From contig CASFTB010000006.1 in NCBI GenBank assembly GCA_949297575.1, positions 7,908 through 71,907 of the forward strand: a stretch of DNA of 64,000 nucleotides, in the 5' to 3' direction. Shown here in pieces: positions 50,013 to 57,500 of the stretch. The notes beneath the pieces were generated by a model. It did not search any database and was not told the origin of the DNA. It worked only from the letters and a program-made list of their open reading frames with translations. The stretch comes from an uncultured Bacillota bacterium (GTDB lineage: Bacteria > Bacillota > Clostridia > Christensenellales > Borkfalkiaceae). The translations under genes were made by a program, and so were the position numbers. Numbering within the stretch: position 1 is the stretch's first letter; the number at the start of each line of letters is the position of its first letter.

Positions 50013-50142
50013 GCGAGAAAAAGTTTTTGCCTCTTGGCGGAAAATGACCGCAAAGGGGTTTTCTTTTGCCGCGGAATATGTTATACTGAATCGATGTCTT
50101 TCGCGGAGGGTTGCCCTCCGCACACAAAAGGAGGAACGGATC

Positions 50143-51123
50143 ATGAACAACAATAAGCGTCCAGAGAGCATGGCGCGCATTGAAACGAAACAGCTCGCCG
50201 ATGCCTTTATCGCGGAACAGGTCGCGGCGGTCAAAGAGCAGGTAGGAGATAAAAAAGTGCTCCTTGCCCTGTCGGGAGGGGTCGACTCGTCCGTCGTCGC
50301 GGCGCTCCTCATCAATGCGATCGGAAAAAATCTCGTCTGCGTGCACGTCAACCACGGTTTGCTGCGCAAGGGAGAACCGGAGCAGGTCGTCGAGGTGTTC
50401 CGGGATCAAATGAACGCCAACCTCGTCTATGTAGATGCGGCAGAGCGCTTCCTCAAAAAGCTCGAGGGGGTTGCCGAGCCCGAAAAAAAGCGCAAGATCA
50501 TCGGAGCGGAATTTATCCGCGTCTTCGAAGAAGAGGCGCGCAAACAGGACGGCATCGCCTTCCTTGCGCAGGGCACGATCTATCCGGATATCCTTGAAAG
50601 CGGCCCGGTCAAGGCGCATCATAACGTCGGCGGTCTCCCCGATGATATGCAGTTTGAGCTCGTCGAACCCCTGAAATTCTTGTATAAAGACGAGGTGCGC
50701 GTCGTCGGCAAGGCGCTCGGGCTTCCGGACGGTATGGTCTACCGCCAGCCTTTCCCCGGCCCCGGGCTGGGCGTTCGCTGCCTCGGCGCCATCACACGCG
50801 ACCGTCTGGAAGCGGTGCGCGAATCGGACGCCATTCTCCGCGAGGAGTTCGCCAAAAACGGTCTCTCCGGCAAGGTCTGGCAGTACTTTACCGTCATCCC
50901 TGATTTCAAGTCTGTGGGCGTGAAGGGGGGCCTGCGTTCCTTCGAGTGGCCCGTAATCATCCGCGCCGTCAACACGCGGGATGCGATGACCGCGACGGTG
51001 GAGGACGTCCCGTTTGCGCTCCTGCAGCACATTACCGCGCGCATCACTGCGGAAGTAAAGGGGGTAAACCGCGTCGTGTTTGACCTGACCCCGAAGCCTA
51101 CCGGTACCATCGAGTGGGAATAA
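50143..51123 (+). CDS. Stand-alone GMP synthase ATP-pyrophosphatase/dimerisation subunit (GuaA C-terminal paralogue, no GATase domain)
   Basis: 326 aa. LSGGVDSSV P-loop, [31 protein letters not shown] and a TIEWE end. AAAGGAGG SD. The longest ORF (from 49951) overlaps guaA. Confidence 0.85.
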   Translation: MNNNKRPESMARIETKQLADAFIAEQVAAVKEQVGDKKVLLALSGGVDSSVVAALLINAIGKNLVCVHVNHGLLRKGEPEQVVEVFRDQMNANLVYVDAAERFLKKLEGVAEPEKKRKIIGAEFIRVFEEEARKQDGIAFLAQGTIYPDILESGPVKAHHNVGGLPDDMQFELVEPLKFLYKDEVRVVGKALGLPDGMVYRQPFPGPGLGVRCLGAITRDRLEAVRESDAILREEFAKNGLSGKVWQYFTVIPDFKSVGVKGGLRSFEWPVIIRAVNTRDAMTATVEDVPFALLQHITARITAEVKGVNRVVFDLTPKPTGTIEWE

Positions 51124-51156
51124 TAGACAATTTTAACAGATATGTATTATATCTCG

Positions 51157-51193
51157 CCCCTTTGCGAAAATTTTCACAAAGGGGTTTCTTTTT
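51157..51193 (+). terminator. Terminator after the guaA paralogue
   Basis: cccctttg/caaagggg (51157-51164 / 51177-51184) followed by tttcttttt. Confidence 0.85.
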
Positions 51194-51204
51194 GTGCGGG
51201 TGTA

Positions 51205-51213
51205 TGGTATAAT
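51205..51213 (+). promoter_or_regulatory. Extended -10 element upstream of helD
   Basis: TGgTATAAT (TATAAT 51208-51213). There is no good -35. Confidence 0.45.
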
Positions 51214-51263
51214 AAGTTGATGTCTTTTTGTGCAACTGACTTCGATGTTACCGGGGGGAAATT

Positions 51264-53657
51264 ATGCCTGAACTGACTGCCGAAGAGATACAAAAGCTGA
51301 TCGCGAGCCACAAGCGGCCGGATAAGCAATATTTTTTTGACCTGTTGGACGAGGAAAAACAGCGCGCCTATGAGTCTCTGCGCGTGCACGCCGTCATGAG
51401 CCTGCTTAAGATCGTCTACATCAACAAGCTGAAATTGAAGATCAGAGAGGCGAAAGAGGAGGTCGCCGCCCTGCGCGGCGGCGAGCTGAATGCGGAAACA
51501 TATCAAAAGGTGATCGCGGCCAACGGGCGCATCCGCGCATGGCGTGCGGAGATCGAGAGCTACAAGTGCTTTTTTACCGAGCCGTATTTTGCCCGTATGG
51601 ATGTCGTGGACGACAGCGAGGGCTATAACAGTTACTATATCGGAAAGCGCGGTGACATCGAGCTCGAGATCGTCGACTGGCGCGCGCCCCTTGCACGCAA
51701 ATATTATCAGAAGAGCCAGATCTATTTTTCCATCAACGAATATAATTATAAGCAGATCCTGCGCCGTGCCCTGCGCACCGAAAACGGGCGGTTTCTCGAT
51801 TATAAAAACGAATATCTAAACCTGCGCGACTTTCTCACGAAAGAGGAGATCGCCGGAAGAGACGAGGAGATCATTTTCGATCCGTATCTGAAAGAGATCC
51901 TGCGTGCCCGCAAGGAATCCTCCGAGATCACGGACATCATAGAGACCATACAGGAAAAGCAGTACGAGATCATTACCCGCCCCGAGCGTGACAGCTTTGT
52001 CTTGCAGGGTTGTGCGGGCAGCGGCAAGACCATGATCATGCTGCACCGCCTCAGCTTTCTCATGTACAACGACGCGCGCCTTAAACCGAGCGACGTGCTG
52101 GTCATCACGCCCAGCGACTCCTTCAACTCCTTTATCGACGAGCTGTCTCAGGTCCTCGAACTGGAAAAGGTAAAGACGAAGCGTATCGACGAATATTTCG
52201 CGCAGCTGCTGAAAAACGAGGGCGTGGACATCGAGGACAAGATCGACCGCACGGCGAAAGAACCGGAGGCCTATCTCGCCTACATCTATTCGCAGAAATT
52301 TTACGACGACGTCGGTGCCCGCCTGAAAAAGATCTATGACGGCGTCGCGGGCATGTTCATGGGGAGCGAGGTCTCCGGCGTCATGGCAGACGCGGCGGCG
52401 TCGCTGCGGGCACAGATGGAAGCGTTTGCGGAGATCCGCAATGCGAGCGTCCGCGTGCGCCGCGCCGTGCTCGGCGAGATCAAGGAGCGCGCAGAAGGCG
52501 GTCTCTATTATAACAAGCCTTTCCGCGGACTGATGAACGAAGTGACGGCGGCGGAAGAATTTCTCTCCTGCGATCTAGCCCGCGAAAAGATGGGCAACGA
52601 GAGCTACTTCTACGCAAAGCTGCTCTCTTTTTACCGCGCGGGGAGCGCCATCGTTCGCCAGCATGCGCGCGTCACGGAGACGGCGCTCGCAGACCTGTCG
52701 CACCTGCGGGAGACGGTCTCAAAGGAGATCGCCGACCTGCGCCGCTATAAGATCTACCGCGGCGGCACCGAGGTGGAGACCTATGCCGACCGCATTGCCC
52801 GCCGCGGCGAGCTTCTGGAAGAAATAGATCGGACCGCCGCGCGCGTCCGCGAGATCGCGCACGGGTTTACGGGGTTCAGCGAACTGTTCGAAACGCTGTG
52901 CGGCAACGATCACTTCGTCCGCATCGGAAAGTGCGGCACGCACATCGAACTTGCCAGGCTCTTCTATAAAGAGACGGTGCGCCGCGCGAAAAATAAATTC
53001 GGCATGGGAAAGGGGCTGTACCGCAGCGACCTATACGCGCTCTGCCTTATCTTTGCCCGTCTTGGCAGGCAGCTCGAGCCGCGCTACGGGCTCGTGTTCG
53101 TGGATGAGGGGCAGGATATTTCCGTAAACGAGTACAAGCTGCTGCAATATTTCAACCCGGATGCCTCTTTCAACGTATACGGCGACCTCGCGCAGAACAT
53201 CACGCCGCACCGCGGCCTCTCTTCTTGGGAGAGCGCTTTCGGTTTTCCCGTCTGCACGCTGGAGCAAAATTACAGGAATACCAATCAGATCGTCCGCCTC
53301 GTTGCGGACGGGCTGCACATTTCCATGGCGCCCATCGGTTTTGACGGCCCGCCCGTGCAGCATGTCACGCCGCGCGGCGTGAGTGCTTTTTTCCGCGGGA
53401 AGAAGGGTCTAAAGGCGATCATCGTGCCGGAGACGGGCGGCGAAAAATACCGCCGCAAGGCATACAATATCCCCGCGCAGACGGGGAAGGTCTCCAAAAC
53501 AAAGATCAATCTGCTGACGGTGTATGAATCAAAGGGGCTGGAATTTTCCTGCGTAGCCGTGGCGGACGCACAGATGAACGACCACGAAAAGTACGTCGCC
53601 TATACCCGCGCGCTCAAAGAGCTGGCGATCATCGAGGAGGCCGTACATGAGAAATAA
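51264..53657 (+). CDS. helD: HelD-type UvrD-family helicase (RNA polymerase-associated helicase IV-like)
   Basis: N-terminal coiled coil, then EIVDWRAPLARKYY (HelD signature). Walker A GCAGSGKT and Walker B FVDEGQD, then NYRNT and YVAYTRAL. 797 aa. Confidence 0.85.
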   Translation: MPELTAEEIQKLIASHKRPDKQYFFDLLDEEKQRAYESLRVHAVMSLLKIVYINKLKLKIREAKEEVAALRGGELNAETYQKVIAANGRIRAWRAEIESYKCFFTEPYFARMDVVDDSEGYNSYYIGKRGDIELEIVDWRAPLARKYYQKSQIYFSINEYNYKQILRRALRTENGRFLDYKNEYLNLRDFLTKEEIAGRDEEIIFDPYLKEILRARKESSEITDIIETIQEKQYEIITRPERDSFVLQGCAGSGKTMIMLHRLSFLMYNDARLKPSDVLVITPSDSFNSFIDELSQVLELEKVKTKRIDEYFAQLLKNEGVDIEDKIDRTAKEPEAYLAYIYSQKFYDDVGARLKKIYDGVAGMFMGSEVSGVMADAAASLRAQMEAFAEIRNASVRVRRAVLGEIKERAEGGLYYNKPFRGLMNEVTAAEEFLSCDLAREKMGNESYFYAKLLSFYRAGSAIVRQHARVTETALADLSHLRETVSKEIADLRRYKIYRGGTEVETYADRIARRGELLEEIDRTAARVREIAHGFTGFSELFETLCGNDHFVRIGKCGTHIELARLFYKETVRRAKNKFGMGKGLYRSDLYALCLIFARLGRQLEPRYGLVFVDEGQDISVNEYKLLQYFNPDASFNVYGDLAQNITPHRGLSSWESAFGFPVCTLEQNYRNTNQIVRLVADGLHISMAPIGFDGPPVQHVTPRGVSAFFRGKKGLKAIIVPETGGEKYRRKAYNIPAQTGKVSKTKINLLTVYESKGLEFSCVAVADAQMNDHEKYVAYTRALKELAIIEEAVHEK

Positions 53658-54336
53658 CTTTTTGCTGGATGCGGACGAAACGATCCTCGATTTTGTCCGC
53701 TCTTCCCGTGAGAGTCTGCGGGCAGCCATGAGTGAGGCCGGTCTCCCGTATGCGGAAGAGGACTTTTCGGTCTACAAGGACATCAATGACGGGGTATGGC
53801 GCGAGTACGAGAGGGGGGCACTGACCAAGCCCCGCCTCGTCGTCGAGCGCTTCGCCCGCTTTTTTTCCGCAAAGGGGATAGAGGCGGATCCGGCAGCCGT
53901 CAATGCGCTCTATTTTGCGCGCCTGTGCCGTACGGGCTATCTGTTCGATGGCGCGGAGGCATTTCTGCACGCTTTGCAGGAGAGGGGAAAGGTCTTTCTC
54001 ATCACAAACGGCACGCCGGCCGCGCAGTATGGCCGCCTCAGGGCCGTGGGGCTTTTGAACGCGTTTGACGGGATCTTCGTTTCGGACGAGATCGGGTTCG
54101 CAAAACCGGACGCGCGTTTCTTTTCTTTCGTCCTCGGCAGCACGCATCTGGCGCCGGAGGAGTGCATCGTCATCGGAGATTCGCTCTCTTCCGACATCGC
54201 GGGGGCAAACGCTTCCGGCATCCTCTCGGTATGGTATGCCCCCCGCGGCGGCGAACCGCGCGGCGCGCGCCCGGATGCGGTGGCGCGCAGCTATGCGGAG
54301 GTGCTTTCCGCCGTCGATTCTCTGCGCGGTCTCTGA
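53647..54336 (+). CDS. HAD-superfamily hydrolase, YjjG-like nucleotidase type
   Basis: Motif I LLDADETILDF (DxDxT), TNGT, K at FAKPD, and motif IV GDSLSSDI. It overlaps helD by 11 nt. Confidence 0.85.
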   Translation: MRNNFLLDADETILDFVRSSRESLRAAMSEAGLPYAEEDFSVYKDINDGVWREYERGALTKPRLVVERFARFFSAKGIEADPAAVNALYFARLCRTGYLFDGAEAFLHALQERGKVFLITNGTPAAQYGRLRAVGLLNAFDGIFVSDEIGFAKPDARFFSFVLGSTHLAPEECIVIGDSLSSDIAGANASGILSVWYAPRGGEPRGARPDAVARSYAEVLSAVDSLRGL

Positions 54337-54347
54337 ACACGTCTTTC

Positions 54348-54377
54348 GCCCTTTCCCGTATGGAGAGGGCTTTTTTT
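54348..54377 (+). terminator. helD-HAD operon terminator
   Basis: gccctttcc/ggagagggc 9-bp stem (one G-U), 5-nt loop, then T7 (54371-54377). Confidence 0.85.
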
Positions 54378-54434
54378 GTCAATAAACGGCGAAAACCGCA
54401 CCGAAGAAAAAGCCGCCCTTTTCTCGCCCAACGC

Positions 54435-54463
54435 TTGCTAAAAAGGCGGGGTTGTAGTATAAT
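54435..54463 (+). promoter_or_regulatory. Sigma-A promoter of the giant helicase gene
   Basis: TTGCTA (54435-54440), 17 bp, TATAAT (54458-54463). Confidence 0.7.
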
Positions 54464-54543
54464 GAAAGGGAATAAACGAACGAATGTTTTTGTCCCGCTC
54501 TTTCTTTCGGGGAGGAACGCAGATCATTGAAGCGGAGGATGAT

Positions 54544-57500
54544 ATGGCAGGAAAAAAATCGGCAAAGGCGGCGCTGCGCGAAAGTATCTCACTCAATGTG
54601 AAGGCGCAGCCTTTTTACGGATATGCGGATCACTATAACCGCGTTCCGCTCTTCGTAGCGCTCCAGCTTTCCAACGCGGGGGCGGAGGCCGCGGAAGACA
54701 TAGACGTCGTCATCGAAAACGGCGACGGATTTCTGCTGCCTTTTTCGAAACATTTGGACGACGTGCCTTTTGAAAGTACCGTCGAGATCGCGGCGTCGGG
54801 CATCGTTTCCCCGCTGTATCTGACGGAGCTTTCCGCCGTCGCCGTCGTGACGGTGCAAGTGCGCGCGCTGCACGGCAAAGATGTGCTTGCGGAGGCGGCC
54901 TGCGACGTGACGGTGTTGCCCTTCGACTACTGGAGCGGCAGGGGAGGCAACGCAGAACTGCTTTCCTGCTTTGTCCGCCCGAAGGTCGCCGACTGCGTCC
55001 GTGTGCTCACGGACGCGCAGGCACAGCTGAAAAAGTGGGAGATCGCCTGCGAGTGGCAGGGGTATGCCGAGGGAGACAAGAACAAGATCCGCCGCATCGC
55101 CGCGGCGATCTTTGCCGCGATCAAGCGGCAGTCTGTCGAAAAATCTGCCGCCGAATTCAACTATGACGACCCGATGCCCGTAGGCGACGTCACGAAGATC
55201 CTCAAAAACAGAGTGGGGACGTCCTTTGAGCTCGCGCTCTTCGTCGCCTCCTGTTTCGAATGTGCGGGCCTGCACCCCGTTCTGGCGGTCGGCGAGAAGG
55301 CGGTATCCTGCGGCGTATGGCTGTATGAAAATTGTTTTTCCGACTGTTCGGGAGACGACACCGTTCTCCTGCAAAATTACATTTCCGACGGCATCAACAA
55401 TATCAGCATGTTCGACATCGAGGACCTGTTTGCCGGAAAGAATGTCAATTATACCGTCGCGGAAAAGCACTTCGCACAAAAATTGGAAAACGGCTGGTTT
55501 GACACCGTCGTCGACGTGAAGCGCTGCCGCCTCGCCCGCATCGGGCCGCTCCCTCTGAAGGTGAAGGGGATCGGCGGCTATGAGCTGCTGGGCGAGCGCG
55601 ACACGGACATCAACGCCGCACCCGAAGAGATCTCGGGCGCGCGTAAGCTCAGCCTTGACGGAAAAGCGACCAAGAACAAGCAGTGGGAAAGGAGGCTGCT
55701 CGACCTCTCTCTCAAAAATTCACTGCTCAATTTCCGCCCCGATAAAAACGTGCTGCATATCCTCTCGTCGGATATCAATGCGACGTACGAAAATATTTCT
55801 TCTGGAGAAGAATTCACGCTGCTGGAGAAGACGACGGATGTGCGCGGCGTCCTGCCCGTATCCGGGTATTTCCCTGCGCCGTCTTCCCTCTCTGTGCTCT
55901 CCGAACTGCTCTCCCTCGAACTGAAAAACCGCCGTCTGCGCACGTGGTCAGACAGGGAAGAGATCGCCGACGTCCTGCGCTTCCTGCAAAAAAAGGCCAA
56001 AACGGCGGAGGAGGAAGCCGGGGCAAACGTGCTCTTCCTCGCGTTCGGGTTTTTGAAATGGTACGAATCTGGAGGGAATGAGCCGAAGTATGCGCCGCTC
56101 GTCCTCCTTCCCGTGCATATTTCCCGCAGCAAGGGAGGAAAGGGCTGGTCCGTTTCCCTGTCGGGGGAGGAGATGCAGTTCAATACGACCCTGCTCGAAT
56201 TTTTGCTGCGCGAGTTCAAGATCGACATCCGCGGCCTCGACAACATCGGCTCCGGTATACGCATTTCCGAGATCATGGCAATGGTCAAGATGGAAGTGCT
56301 CAACATGAAGGGGTGGGAGGTCTTCGACGAGGTCTATCTCGCGAACTTCTCCTTCGCACGCTTCGCCATGTGGAACGATGTGCGCAAAAATATCGATAAA
56401 TTCCGCAAAAATCCTCTCGTCCGCTCTCTGCTTGAAAACCGCCTCGTGCTCACCGACAACGTGATGGAGGATAAGCCGGAGGACGATTACGCCCCGGACG
56501 AGATCCTGACGCCGCTCATGGCGGACGGCTCGCAGTTCGAGGCGGTCGCGGAAGCGGTCTCGGGGGCTACCTTCGTGTTGCACGGCCCTCCCGGAACGGG
56601 TAAGAGCCAGACCATCACCAACATCATAGCAAACAGCCTGAACCGCGGCAAGCGCGTCCTCTTCGTCGCAGAAAAGCAGGCGGCGCTCTCCGTCGTCAAA
56701 AAGAGGCTGGATTCGGTCGGGCTGGGGGATTTCTGCCTTGAGCTGCACGGAAAGATCGACAAGGCGCAGCTGCTCAAAAAGATGGAGACGACGCTTTCTC
56801 TCGCGGCGGTGCAGGAAGATCCAGACTTTTCGGCGAAGAGCGAGCAGATCGCCGAGGTGCGCAAAGCGCTCAACGAGCCCGTCATTGCCCTTCATAAGAA
56901 GCGCAGGCTGGGCGTCTCCGTATATGAAGGCATCCTGATCTACCTGAAAAACAGAAATGCGCCGGATGTGCTCGATATCGAGAGCACCTTTTACGATCGC
57001 CTGACGAAGGAAAAACTTGAGAGCTATGAAAATATGCTCATCGAAGTCTCGGCGGCGGCAAAACAGTGCGGGGGCGTGCACCGCTCGCCTTTCGACAACG
57101 TCAATATCAGCGAATACAATGCGGACCTGCGCAACAGGGTCTATTATTCCGCCGAAGTGCTCCTCACTGAGATCAAGCATCTGCGCGGATACTTGTCGCT
57201 CTTTCTCGATTTTTACAGGCAGCGCGTCAGCTCGTTCACCCAGAAAAAGCTCAAAGCGCTCGTGCAGCTGGTCGATCTGCTGCGCGGCGGCGAGCTTGAC
57301 AGTTATTTCCGCAGCGACGAAAACGAGTTTTACGTCTTTTTCAATGCAAACCGCAGGCTGGACCGTCTGCTCGGCACCTATTTCAAGAATTTCAAGGTGC
57401 TCATCGATCTGGACGCGGACCCCGCCGTCGTCGAGCAGGAGCTGGACAACTGGGGGGAGAATTACAAGAGTTCGCGCGTCCTTTCCGCCATCGCAAAGAG

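Noticed and set aside
50013-50142. Possible purine/guanine-type riboswitch upstream of the guaA paralogue
   Set aside because: The leader is only about 50 nt after the putative -10. It contains a single 8-bp hairpin (50103-50121). There is no three-way junction and no conserved purine-riboswitch loop sequences.
54484-54543. ATG 54484 as the start of the giant helicase gene (1,909-aa version)
   Set aside because: It has no SD and lies only about 14 nt from the predicted TSS. ATG 54544 has GGAGG at 5-nt spacing, and the 20 extra residues are not conserved-looking.
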